A stretch of 64,000 nucleotides of DNA from a virus (lineage: Duplodnaviria > Caudoviricetes): IMG/VR virus record IMGVR_UViG_3300037067_007633, positions 32,001 to 96,000 of that record; one strand, given 5' to 3'. Below the pieces are notes generated by a model, which was given only the letters and a program-made list of their open reading frames with translations, was not told where the DNA came from and did not search any database. Below, in pieces: positions 1-8,098 of the stretch. The position numbers and the translations under genes are program-made. Each line of letters opens with the position of its first letter. Within the stretch, counting starts at the first letter, position 1.

Positions 1-52
1 ATTAGAATATAAAGTGGGAATTAAACTACCCCTTATTCCTTCCTATTAATTT

Positions 53-127
53 CTTTGCAATATAAACCCCACATCACCTTAATTGAGGGTGCGAAGCACC
101 CGAAACCCCACATACCCCAGTCGTGGT
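53..127. repeat. Two tandem copies of the early-region hairpin/AACCCCACAT element
   Basis: aaaccccacat at 64-74 and 103-113; hairpin gggtgc-GAA-gcaccc at 87-101. Confidence 0.85.
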
Positions 128-134
128 AGCAAGA

Positions 135-170
135 AAAAGAAAACCACCCTTTCGGGCGGTTCTCTTTCAG
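135..170 (-). terminator. Probable intrinsic terminator
   Basis: Imperfect GC stem around ccctttcggg with an A-rich run on + (U-tail on -), downstream of ORF 179-685. Confidence 0.6.
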
Positions 171-178
171 TTGTTGTT

Positions 179-685
179 TTACTTCTTTTCTCTTCCGTGA
201 TACGCTTCATACCAAAATACTTTACTCTCTAAGTTAGCTAACTTAGAAATAATAGGATGATTTAATGCATCATAAAACAAATCGCATTCATTTCTAAGTC
301 CTAGAGTATATAAACACAATAATACTCGTGTTACTCTTAGATAATTGTGGTTAAACTTTCCAAATATTTCATAAACTCTTTTATAGTTCACTATTAGAAT
401 TTCATTCCCGTCATATTGTAATCCACAAAACCACAACCATTTATAAAATGATCGTCTAATTTGATTTTTCAAATATTCATTGTTGTAAAAATCCCCAATA
501 TCTTCGTCAGTTAATAGTGGGGCGTTAGGATTAAAGCTAGAGGGGGACTTTAAGGGAAACATCCATTGAATATGGTTATGACACCCCTCCATTTCTTCTT
601 CGGTAAAACTCAAATAATCTTCTAAAGTTTTACCTTCAATATTTTTACCACCTGTAAGGAAATTAATAATGGGACTTAGAGACAT
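179..685 (-). CDS. Opioid growth factor receptor (OGFr_N)-like domain protein
   Basis: Motifs HNHIQWMFPL, S.FNPNAPLLT and NHNYLRVTRVL are typical of the OGFr conserved domain. Confidence 0.8.
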   Translation of the reverse strand: MSLSPIINFLTGGKNIEGKTLEDYLSFTEEEMEGCHNHIQWMFPLKSPSSFNPNAPLLTDEDIGDFYNNEYLKNQIRRSFYKWLWFCGLQYDGNEILIVNYKRVYEIFGKFNHNYLRVTRVLLCLYTLGLRNECDLFYDALNHPIISKLANLESKVFWYEAYHGREKK

Positions 686-728
686 TATATTTCCCTCCTA
701 TCAATTAATAGCAGTCTTAATTGTCATT

Positions 729-756
729 ATTATACCTCAAACAAACTTAAAAACAA
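729..756 (-). promoter_or_regulatory. Sigma70-like promoter TTGTTT-N16-TATAAT
   Basis: attata at 729-734 and aaacaa at 751-756, with the same 16-nt spacer as the other early promoters. Confidence 0.5.
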
Positions 757-803
757 CTGGTAAATTAACAAATTCCCCATAGTGTTTTATAGTTATATAA
801 AAG

Positions 804-886
804 TGCCGAAAGAGGGATTCGAACCCTCACTGCCTTACGGCAATCAGATTTTGAGTCTGACGTGTATTCCATTCCACCATTTCGGC
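804..886 (-). tRNA. tRNA-Leu(CAA)
   Basis: Reverse complement folds as a cloverleaf: GCCGAAA/TTTCGGC acceptor, TCAGA-CT-CAA-AA-TCTGA anticodon arm, long variable arm, GGTTCGAATCC T-loop; CCA not encoded. Confidence 0.95.
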
Positions 887-887
887 T

Positions 888-1058
888 TTATAGTGTTGGT
901 TTTTCAGGAACGGTAAAAGTTTGTTCTTTACAACACCTTGGGCACTTCCAAGTATATATTCCGGGTTCTAAGACTATATGACTTGGGGGATTATGTTCTG
1001 GATGAGTACAATGTTTGGGCTTATCCCATCCAAATTTCTTTACATTAATAAATGGCAT
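888..1058 (-). CDS. Small Cys/His-rich (Zn-ribbon-like) protein, 56 aa
   Basis: Translated by hand: MPFINVKKFGWDKPKHCTHPEHNPPSHIVLEPGIYTWKCPRCCKEQ...; GGAG upstream. Confidence 0.65.
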   Translation of the reverse strand: MPFINVKKFGWDKPKHCTHPEHNPPSHIVLEPGIYTWKCPRCCKEQTFTVPEKPTL

Positions 1059-1070
1059 AATGTTATTCTC

Positions 1071-1535
1071 CTAAGCAAAATCCGCAAATATTCCAAGATC
1101 GTCTTTCGCACTATCTAACGCCCGCTGAGCGTTTTTACATACTTCAATCTTATTCTTAATATCCTCAAGATTATAACTTGTTGCTTTGAATTGCTCATAT
1201 ACTTCCGTTAATATACCGCCATCTAATTTTCCAATATTTAGCGTTAATTCATAATACAAACAAGTACAAGAATTTCCAATCATTTCACTAACTTTAACTA
1301 TAAAAAATACACTATAGTTAGAGTCATGATAATATACATTTATTTCTGGTGAATGGGGGAAATCTGGAAGTAGACTTTTTACCTTGATAGTAAGTCCCCC
1401 AACCTTCTTTACTTTCTTCCCTATTAATTCCTTAAAAATAGGAATAAGGGTATTAGACAATTGTTCGGCATAAGCATTAGCACGATTGACGGCACGAATT
1501 TTAGCTTTTAGGTGTTCTTCGTTATAGTAGGACAT
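1071..1535 (-). CDS. Hypothetical protein
   Basis: 154-aa ORF, co-oriented with neighbours, start overlaps upstream stop (TAATG). Confidence 0.75.
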   Translation of the reverse strand: MSYYNEEHLKAKIRAVNRANAYAEQLSNTLIPIFKELIGKKVKKVGGLTIKVKSLLPDFPHSPEINVYYHDSNYSVFFIVKVSEMIGNSCTCLYYELTLNIGKLDGGILTEVYEQFKATSYNLEDIKNKIEVCKNAQRALDSAKDDLGIFADFA

Positions 1536-1696
1536 TATTGTTTCTTTCTAATACAACTAACAAATAAACAGAATACTGCAATCAACCAGTATTTTATAGG
1601 TTGTGGTCCCTTAAATATTTCTGCTAGTGTTACATGTGATGCTAACCAACACCCCATAATGAAGACAAAATCTTTTATATAAAATACAAATTTCAT
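1535..1696 (-). CDS. Small membrane protein, 53 aa
   Basis: Translated by hand; two hydrophobic segments; TAATG coupling to the next gene. Confidence 0.55.
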   Translation of the reverse strand: MKFVFYIKDFVFIMGCWLASHVTLAEIFKGPQPIKYWLIAVFCLFVSCIRKKQ

Positions 1697-1762
1697 ATTA
1701 ATTTCCTATATTAACACCAAAAACTAGACGTTCAATTTTACAAAGTTAGTTTCATTGCTAAG

Positions 1763-1837
1763 TAGGAGTGTAAGGAATCGAACCTTATTCAATCGTCCAC
1801 CTTATAAGAGTAACCATGATCCAACCATCCCACTCCC
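1763..1837 (-). tRNA. Atypical tRNA-Ile(UAU) or tRNA-like RNA
   Basis: GGGAGTG/CACTCCT acceptor, TAAGG-TTCGATT-CCTTA T-arm, CT-TAT-AA anticodon loop; GU-rich anticodon stem and short D-loop. Confidence 0.65.
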
Positions 1838-1968
1838 GTGTGTGTAGGTTCCCCCCTACACTAGGTATCCCCACTAACGTGGCGACTTTGATATTTTCTC
1901 ATACAAATATACTAGGACTCCACCTATTAATATGAGATATAGAATAATTCCGGTTTCTCCCATTAGGG

Positions 1969-3198
1969 TTAGGCGGCTTGCCCAACCAAACTTTCGATAG
2001 CTTTGACAGAAATATGTCTTGCCCTATTAAGCATTGCGTCCCATTGGCTTGTGGTCAAGTTTACAATGCTACCTGCTACTTCGTCCAGTCTAACCCATTC
2101 GTCGTCATCTTGAGTTTGACCAAACCTTGTAATGGCAGCTTGCAGACCAAACGCGGAAAATACTTCCTTACCAATTACATTTTGTTCATCAACAAACGAC
2201 CGCATTACTCCTTGAATTTGTTTTGAAGAAATACTATAATCTTGTGCAGTTTGGGCAAACAAGTTAAGAATGGGGGTGTCCCCTACCCCATAAGCCTTAA
2301 TTCCTAGCATACGTTGAATACCGATATCAAGAAGGGGAATTTGCTTTTCGAGATTATGCTTAATCTTTCCAAACAAATCTTCAAGATCAATATTACCCAT
2401 ATGTTTTTGTCTAATAGCAATTCCGCTCTCTTGGTCCCAAATACAGCCATTCATACAGATTGCACGAAACACACTAGGCTGCGAACTAATACGGCGAGTG
2501 CCGATTTCGGAATTACCGATAGACAACATTCCACCATAATCAGAATCCTTTTCTTCCCTAATAGTGTCGGGAATAAGGATATTGCCATAGATAGAGTCAG
2601 CGTCCCCCCTCCAATGGGATAGCATTCCACCTGGGATAAGCTTTTGGAGTGACTCTAATACCCAAGAGTTATTAACAATTGCATACTTAGAGGACAACAT
2701 TGCCCTCATAGTTCCATCTGTCCATGTACGAAAGAGACGGGGTTTTTCTTGGTCCACCCTATCGGGGGCAAACAAGGTGTTTTTCAATACTTGCACCACC
2801 ACCTCTGCATCCCTCCTATCTCGACTATATTCCATAGTCTTCTTAATAGGATGAAGTTTGGGTTCCCGCATTTGCTTGAGAAAAGTAGTAGAAACCCCCG
2901 CACAAGTGGCAATGTGCTGAAGAGTATGGTCGGTCGGAATATATTCTTCCCTATTAATCTTGTGCCGCAGAATAAAGCGGTCTTTACTGTCAATAGCTGG
3001 TTCCCACTCTCCGAGTGGGCTATCAGAATAATCCCTAATTTTCTGTTGATCATTAGCGATTTTCTCCATTCCCTTATCAAAAGGAATACACTTATCATAC
3101 CAGATCTTAGAGACATTACCAAACCCCTTAGAGGTAGCCAGCGGTTGGCTATTCAACACGGCATTCCCGGAAGTCCCCTTACCTTGAATTGCGGACAT
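1969..3198 (-). CDS. DUF932-like phage protein
   Basis: RAMLSSKYAIVNN and GNSEIG...VFRAICMNG motifs; GGAG SD; own promoter. Confidence 0.65.
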   Translation of the reverse strand: MSAIQGKGTSGNAVLNSQPLATSKGFGNVSKIWYDKCIPFDKGMEKIANDQQKIRDYSDSPLGEWEPAIDSKDRFILRHKINREEYIPTDHTLQHIATCAGVSTTFLKQMREPKLHPIKKTMEYSRDRRDAEVVVQVLKNTLFAPDRVDQEKPRLFRTWTDGTMRAMLSSKYAIVNNSWVLESLQKLIPGGMLSHWRGDADSIYGNILIPDTIREEKDSDYGGMLSIGNSEIGTRRISSQPSVFRAICMNGCIWDQESGIAIRQKHMGNIDLEDLFGKIKHNLEKQIPLLDIGIQRMLGIKAYGVGDTPILNLFAQTAQDYSISSKQIQGVMRSFVDEQNVIGKEVFSAFGLQAAITRFGQTQDDDEWVRLDEVAGSIVNLTTSQWDAMLNRARHISVKAIESLVGQAA

Positions 3199-3246
3199 TT
3201 TAGTGGTCTCCTTGTTTTTTCTGGTTTGGTTGCTCTCGATAAATAT

Positions 3247-3274
3247 ATTCTACCCTATATCTAGGAAATGTCAA
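3247..3274 (-). promoter_or_regulatory. Early promoter TTGACA-N16-TAGAAT
   Basis: attcta at 3247-3252 and tgtcaa at 3269-3274. Confidence 0.75.
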
Positions 3275-3309
3275 TTTCGCTTCGCGAAAATTTTTTCTAC
3301 CACCTTTGA

Positions 3310-3400
3310 GGATACACAGTATCCGAAACCCCACACCCCACACCCCTATTCCTTCCTATTTATTTTTTGGCGACAGCCAAACCCCACACCACCTAAAAGT
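3310..3400. repeat. Two tandem copies of the hairpin/AACCCCAC element
   Basis: ggatac-ACA-gtatcc followed by gaaaccccacac; tttggc-GACA-gccaaa followed by ccccacac. Confidence 0.85.
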
Positions 3401-3404
3401 TGAT

Positions 3405-3440
3405 AAAAGGCTGGAATGGGGGACTCGAACCCCCATCCCC
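3405..3440 (-). terminator. Terminator hairpin with a tRNA T-loop-like loop
   Basis: Minus strand reads GGATGGGGG-TTCGAGT-CCCCCATTCC-AGCCTTTT. Confidence 0.55.
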
Positions 3441-3453
3441 CTACTTGCCTATT

Positions 3454-4896
3454 TCATCCTATTAATTTTGCAGCAAAGTTAAACGCCCAATCTTGCAAAT
3501 CTCTAGACTGGTCTGTTGCCCCAGTAATATAATGGGAATATTCCTCAATAATAACCGTTCTTAGTTGTGGAGTATTAGCATCCCCTAACAGTGTATTTAG
3601 ATAAATTCCTCCATCACGATAAAACCCATAACAAGTAGAGTCAGCCGACATGATAGAAGAAAACCTAAAGGCGTCTGGCATAGGCTTTCCCGTATCCATT
3701 CCTACTTCTACAATCTTTGCCCAAATATCAATTGCTAATTCTTGCAATTCTAAACTTGCTGGGTATACCTCCCTTCCAAGTCTTTCATCTTGAGACAATA
3801 TCTTATCACTAGTTGTTACTTCGTAAGATTGGGCGGTTTCAAAAAACCCCTCAGGAACAATCAACGGAGTATATCCTTTGCGTCTGATAGTATCACTTTC
3901 AGAATTACAACTAATTACCCTATTTACTCCCAAAGTTTGCAACGCAAACTGCCAATTTTTAGACCTAGTTTCCTTTTCTTCTTTGTTTCCAATGTATTGG
4001 GCGGACATATAATATTTATCGAAAGAGTGTTCCCAATATTGAACTTCACTATCAAAGCTTCTTAATAGGATAGATAAATGTTTTGTGTCGGAACTAGCTA
4101 ACACTCGTGCAGACTCAGACTTTGCATTATACTCGTTGAGGTTGCGACTTTCGTCTACCTTAATGTCAAAGTTATAGTCGAAGAGGCTAGATAGATTAGT
4201 GTGTTCTAATTCCCCTACTCTTACGCCTCTTCGATAGAAGACTGGACCGGTTTTATCTCCCATATTTCTATGTTGCTTACGCAAAATGTTAGAAGGGATA
4301 TTTTCTGGTTCAGAGAAATGCATAAACCACTTACCAAGATCGACAAAGAAGCTACGTACAGCCGGTACACTAGCCGGAATAAATACTCTGGTGGTCCCCG
4401 TCTTTGCCCTTACTTGATTTTCGTTTACTAATTCAATAGTAACCCCCTCCCATGGATAGTCTACACTATTACCGTGGTGGTGGTTATACATAATAGTGTG
4501 GTCAATAGCATTGCTAACAAACTCACGGAGAGCCATTTCAACGTATGCCCAGTCGAGTTGACCATAGCCGATTGACCATAGTTTTTCTGTATAGTTGCGA
4601 GTTTTCCCCTCTTCGTCTTTCCCCGAATACCTAACTTGAACCCTATCATATTCGGTATTAGTAATATCACTAGTGAGGTTGTCTGTCACCGGTTGGAATT
4701 CTAACCTGAGATTACTACAAAAAACAATGGGAGTCACGTTGTTACGCATACACACGGAGATACTGTGTTTGTTTCCCGACCCAAATTGCCCAATAATATA
4801 AGGGAGGTTGCAATTTGTCTTTGAGGTTGCCCCTAATACTGTGAACCCCTCCACTGGGGCTATACCCGGATTTTCAATCTTCAAATACTGTAGCAT
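3454..4896 (-). CDS. GHKL-type ATPase with permuted motif order and a C-terminal zincin-like motif
   Basis: IENPG...LGATSK...IGQFGSGNK precedes ALREFVSNAID; C-terminal IIEEYSHYITGATD. Confidence 0.6.
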   Translation of the reverse strand: MLQYLKIENPGIAPVEGFTVLGATSKTNCNLPYIIGQFGSGNKHSISVCMRNNVTPIVFCSNLRLEFQPVTDNLTSDITNTEYDRVQVRYSGKDEEGKTRNYTEKLWSIGYGQLDWAYVEMALREFVSNAIDHTIMYNHHHGNSVDYPWEGVTIELVNENQVRAKTGTTRVFIPASVPAVRSFFVDLGKWFMHFSEPENIPSNILRKQHRNMGDKTGPVFYRRGVRVGELEHTNLSSLFDYNFDIKVDESRNLNEYNAKSESARVLASSDTKHLSILLRSFDSEVQYWEHSFDKYYMSAQYIGNKEEKETRSKNWQFALQTLGVNRVISCNSESDTIRRKGYTPLIVPEGFFETAQSYEVTTSDKILSQDERLGREVYPASLELQELAIDIWAKIVEVGMDTGKPMPDAFRFSSIMSADSTCYGFYRDGGIYLNTLLGDANTPQLRTVIIEEYSHYITGATDQSRDLQDWAFNFAAKLIG

Positions 4897-4935
4897 TTCT
4901 TCGTCCTTATTAATGGGGTTGTTTCACTAAGATTG

Positions 4936-4963
4936 ATTATCGTCTATTTTTGCAAAATGTCAA
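4936..4963 (-). promoter_or_regulatory. Early promoter TTGACA-N16-GATAAT
   Basis: attatc at 4936-4941 and tgtcaa at 4958-4963, with an A-tract upstream. Confidence 0.8.
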
Positions 4964-4974
4964 CACGAATTTTT

Positions 4975-5046
4975 TTTCGCAAAGCGAAACCCCACATACC
5001 TCTGACGAGGTAGTAAATAAGGAGAAAGGGGGAAAATCCCCCTTTT
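4975..5046. repeat. Complete element: hairpin 1, core, hairpin 2, terminator
   Basis: tttcgc-AAA-gcgaaa, ccccacat, tacctc-tgac-gaggta, aaaggggga-aaa-tccccctttt. Confidence 0.9.
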
Positions 5047-5049
5047 ATT

Positions 5050-5218
5050 TTACCCAATCTTGTTATTTTTCCTTTCCCTTCTCTTCATAGCCCTATCAGT
5101 CCTTTTCTGAGAGGCTCCGCTTTTCCCATTTCCTCTTCCAGAACGCTTCCTGGAATAAACATTTCCACCCTCAATAAAAGCACAACCATCATAACTGTTT
5201 CGCCCGTAAGCTTTCATT
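5050..5218 (-). CDS. Small basic protein (start probably MKAYG)
   Basis: Lys/Arg-rich ORF; the longer 5271 start overlaps the repeat element. Confidence 0.5.
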
Positions 5219-5257
5219 TTATACCATGTCGTGATTAATGGAAAATTCCCTATTAAT

Positions 5258-5330
5258 TTGGCGTAAGCCAACCCAACATACCACTAATAAGGTAAGAAGA
5301 AAAGGAAAGAGCCCCACTTTAAGGGGCTCC
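5258..5330. repeat. Element copy with terminator
   Basis: ttggc-GTAA-gccaa, cccaacat, acc...ggt, gagcccc/ggggctc stem. Confidence 0.85.
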
Positions 5331-5348
5331 ATAGTTCCTTGGTTACTA

Positions 5349-5675
5349 TCAGACTGTAACCTCGTTCTGCAAAGCAGGGATATCGTTCTGCGTAGCAGAC
5401 TCTTCCTGTTGCTTCCTCAAATCCATAATCAGCTTAGTCAACTCACTGACGTTGACCTTCGGGGTACGCTTGGATGCCTTCATATCCTTGAGGGGAATTC
5501 CCTCACGGAGTACATTACCGTGATCGTCGATACGCTGATTGCGGTAATTGTTGGCACGTCCAATGACGGCGTTGTACGTCATTCCCGTCTTTTCCATCAC
5601 CTCCTTAACGCTACTGGAAGTTTCCCAAATCGTCACAAACTCTACTTGACCGATACTCGACTTTCCTCGCGGCAT
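5349..5675 (-). CDS. Putative HTH DNA-binding protein (start MPRGK)
   Basis: GGAG SD before ATG at 5675; SVKEVMEKTGMTYNAVIGRA is HTH-like. Confidence 0.6.
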   Translation of the reverse strand: MPRGKSSIGQVEFVTIWETSSSVKEVMEKTGMTYNAVIGRANNYRNQRIDDHGNVLREGIPLKDMKASKRTPKVNVSELTKLIMDLRKQQEESATQNDIPALQNEVTV

Positions 5676-5809
5676 AATAAATCTCCTTTTCTCAAAAAAC
5701 CAGTTTAGTAACTCGCTCCGATAACACCATTTTACCTTATTCTTTTTAGAAGTCAAGGGGTTGGGAATTTTTTTTCTTCCGTTGTCCCTTTTCCCCTCCA
5801 ACAAATGTA

Positions 5810-5837
5810 ATTATCGGCTATTTTACTCAGAACACAA
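5810..5837 (-). promoter_or_regulatory. Early promoter TTGTGT-N16-GATAAT (TAGCCGATAAT)
   Basis: attatcggcta at 5810-5820. Confidence 0.6.
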
Positions 5838-5868
5838 CAACCAAATTGGAATTTTAGAAAGATATTTT

Positions 5869-5908
5869 TTGGCGTAAGCCAACCCCACATTCCCCATAGA
5901 TGGGGAAT
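5869..5908. repeat. Element copy
   Basis: ttggc-GTAA-gccaa, ccccacat, ttccccat/atggggaa. Confidence 0.85.
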
Positions 5909-5920
5909 CAATAGGAAAAC

Positions 5921-6050
5921 AAAAAACCCGGTCAAGCGTTGTCAATGCTTACCGGGGGCTTATATTTTTGACGGTTTGCCAATTCCGTCATACAGTCGTT
6001 ACATTATTACGAATAGAAAGGGCTATCTAACGACTTCCCTATTCTATAGG
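5921..6050 (-). ncRNA. Putative structured 3' RNA followed by a terminator
   Basis: Several complementary segments, including agtcgtta/taacgact and tgacgg/ccgtca. Confidence 0.35.
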
Positions 6051-6056
6051 ACTAAA

Positions 6057-6197
6057 TTAAGAATTTCCCCTTTTTTTATGCCCCACTAATTTAATCGCCA
6101 ATTTCAGTTTTCTGATTGCTAAGTCTAATTCTTTCTTTTGATAATGTCTTATCGCCTCGTGAATAGTGGCAATTACGTTGAGGTCTGTTTGTGTCAT
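6057..6197 (-). CDS. Hypothetical protein, 46 aa
   Basis: Translated by hand: MTQTDLNVIATIHEAIRHY... Confidence 0.45.
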   Translation of the reverse strand: MTQTDLNVIATIHEAIRHYQKKELDLAIRKLKLAIKLVGHKKRGNS

Positions 6198-6247
6198 TAT
6201 TTTGGGTAACCTAGTCTATCAGATGAGTTTGTGAGAAACACTTACTT

Positions 6248-6421
6248 TTAATAAAGAATATACGCAAAACCTTTTGTCATACTTACGTAATAGTCACTAC
6301 CTACCCATTTGATTGTGTCAGTTTCTCCATCTTTGCTTTTAATTTCTGGATGACAATCTGTCAAACAAACTGGGAAAAATTCTTTTCCATCAGATTTTCT
6401 TATGTATTTTATTGAGGTCAT
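6248..6421 (-). CDS. Hypothetical protein, 57 aa
   Basis: Translated by hand: MTSIKYIRKSDGKEFFPVC...; AGGAG SD; directly downstream of a promoter. Confidence 0.6.
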   Translation of the reverse strand: MTSIKYIRKSDGKEFFPVCLTDCHPEIKSKDGETDTIKWVGSDYYVSMTKGFAYILY

Positions 6422-6440
6422 AGTTTATTCTCCTACAAGT

Positions 6441-6555
6441 ATTATCGTCTATTTCTGCGAAATGTCAACACGAATTTTTTTTGCGAAGCAAAACCCCACA
6501 TACCTCTAAAGAAGTATTAATAAGAGAAAAGGGGGAAGAATAACAACCCCCTCTT
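6441..6555. repeat. Promoter plus element plus terminator
   Basis: attatc at 6441, tgtcaa at 6463, ttttgc-GAA-gcaaaa, ccccacatacctct; nearly identical to 4936-5003. Confidence 0.9.
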
Positions 6556-6582
6556 CGATATAATGGGATTATGTTATAGATA

Positions 6583-6831
6583 TTATTCTGTTCTTATTTC
6601 TACTATATCTCCATAACCAGAATAATCTAGCTGGCACCCATTATAATCATGCGGAATACATCCACTATAATTACCAAGCCATTTTTCCAAGTAGGCTAGG
6701 GCTTGCTCAAAAGTTTCAAATTGGTGGGTTTTCCAACAAGCCAAACTTAAATATGGAAAACCAATTACAGAACACGGCTTATTGTTGTCGTAAACTCCAA
6801 ACACATTTTCCCCCTTTATGAATTTACCCAA
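6583..6831 (-). CDS. Hypothetical protein
   Basis: 82-aa ORF with AAGGAG close to a TTG start. Confidence 0.6.
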   Translation of the reverse strand: MGKFIKGENVFGVYDNNKPCSVIGFPYLSLACWKTHQFETFEQALAYLEKWLGNYSGCIPHDYNGCQLDYSGYGDIVEIRTE

Positions 6832-7001
6832 CTCCTTTTCGCCATCCTTCTTTCTTTACGTTGATTACGTTTTCCCTTTACCTTATTTTTTTTCTGCTTA
6901 CACTCACGGTAATACTCAGACCCGCTACTATATGTACCTCGGCACATTTCTTTTACTTCTTTCTTTTTTGTTTTGCAAAATTTGTTGTCGCCTCACAGTA
7001 T

Positions 7002-7130
7002 TTATTCTACTCTATTTCTATCAGAAGTCAACCCGAATCTTGCATAGAACCGCAAAGCTCTCCAATACGCATACCATTTACGCTTCGCGTAAACAGAAGA
7101 GAACCGCCGCTTACGTTTTCCGTCCGGCAT
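7002..7130 (-). CDS. Small Arg/aromatic-rich peptide, 42 aa
   Basis: MPDGKRKRRFSSVYAKRKWYAYWRALRFYARFG...; AAGGAG SD; first ORF after a promoter. Confidence 0.55.
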   Translation of the reverse strand: MPDGKRKRRFSSVYAKRKWYAYWRALRFYARFGLTSDRNRVE

Positions 7131-7157
7131 GATTAGGTCTCCTTTTCCTCTTTATTT

Positions 7158-7264
7158 ATTATGGGATATTTTTGCCAAATGTCAAGTCTATTTTTTGGCA
7201 TTAGCCAAACCCCACATACCCCTAGCGTGGTAAATAAGGAGAAAGGGGGACTTCTCCCCCTCCC
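7158..7264. repeat. Promoter plus element plus terminator
   Basis: attatg at 7158, tgtcaa at 7180, tttggc-ATTA-gccaaa, ccccacatacc, gggggacttctccccc. Confidence 0.9.
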
Positions 7265-7276
7265 TAGTCGTTTTTC

Positions 7277-7558
7277 TTAAATCTTTTTTGGTAATCTTAG
7301 TATTCGACCATCACCAATATAATCGCTATACTCTTCCTCATTTTCATAATTTCCTAACTTAACAATCATTTCTTGCATAGGGCAAGGACACAATTGTTTA
7401 TCCCCAGTTATAGCATTATCAATATACCCATACCAATATGCTTTTGATCGCTCTACGTCAAACCTAGTCAATTCCGTTTTGACAATATCTAAAGCCTCAT
7501 TGTTGAGGCACTCGATTGCATCGCGGATTTCTTCCAGACGTTCTTTCGGGCTTTTCAT
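7277..7558 (-). CDS. Hypothetical protein
   Basis: 93-aa ORF with GGAGG SD. Confidence 0.75.
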   Translation of the reverse strand: MKSPKERLEEIRDAIECLNNEALDIVKTELTRFDVERSKAYWYGYIDNAITGDKQLCPCPMQEMIVKLGNYENEEEYSDYIGDGRILRLPKKI

Positions 7559-7590
7559 TGGACTACCTCCAAAATTCTTCCTTTTGCGTC

Positions 7591-7788
7591 CTAAATACCC
7601 TCACTGTCATAATCCCCTAACTTACACTCAGACGATACAAAACTTATACTATCCCTGTCATCATATTCTATCCTAATATCCTCTTTCGCTTGTTGTCTCT
7701 CTTCATCATTAGGAAAAATTCCAACCAGTCTTTTACTTGTAACTGGCTTGTTAGCGTCATAAACGAATAGTAGAAATAGCTCTTGCAT
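7591..7788 (-). CDS. Hypothetical protein
   Basis: 65-aa ORF with AGGGG upstream. Confidence 0.6.
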   Translation of the reverse strand: MQELFLLFVYDANKPVTSKRLVGIFPNDEERQQAKEDIRIEYDDRDSISFVSSECKLGDYDSEGI

Positions 7789-7818
7789 TTCTTTTCCCCT
7801 TTATATTTGTTCTTGTTA

Positions 7819-7931
7819 TAACAAAAACTTGGGACAGGTTTTTGACTGGCACCGTTTTTAATTATTACGGTTAACCCTGCATTCCATCCCTTAGTGTTTG
7901 CAGCCCGAATAACTCCCAGAGGTTTTTGTTA
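7819..7931 (-). ncRNA. Putative structured RNA or leader directly under an early promoter
   Basis: Closing stem taacaaaaac..ggga / tccc..gtttttgtta enclosing ctgca/tgcag and accgt/acggt stems. Confidence 0.45.
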
Positions 7932-7938
7932 CACATGC

Positions 7939-8085
7939 ATTATCGTCTATTCTCACCAAAAATCAATATGGAAAACCCCTTATTTATTTGCCATAGGCAA
8001 ACCCCACATACTCCTAAAGAAGTATATAAGGAAAAAATCCCGCCAATAGAGGGTAGCGAGTGAAACCCCCTCTATCAGCGGGTGA
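7939..8085. repeat. Promoter plus element plus terminator
   Basis: attatc at 7939, aatcaa at 7961, tttgcc-ATA-ggcaaa, ccccacatac, atagaggg/ccctctat stem. Confidence 0.85.
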
Positions 8086-8098
8086 CGATGGTTTTTTG

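Noticed and set aside
5921-7931. Assignment of the two structured RNAs to twister, pistol or hammerhead ribozymes or known riboswitches
   Set aside because: The required conserved core nucleotides could not be matched by eye.
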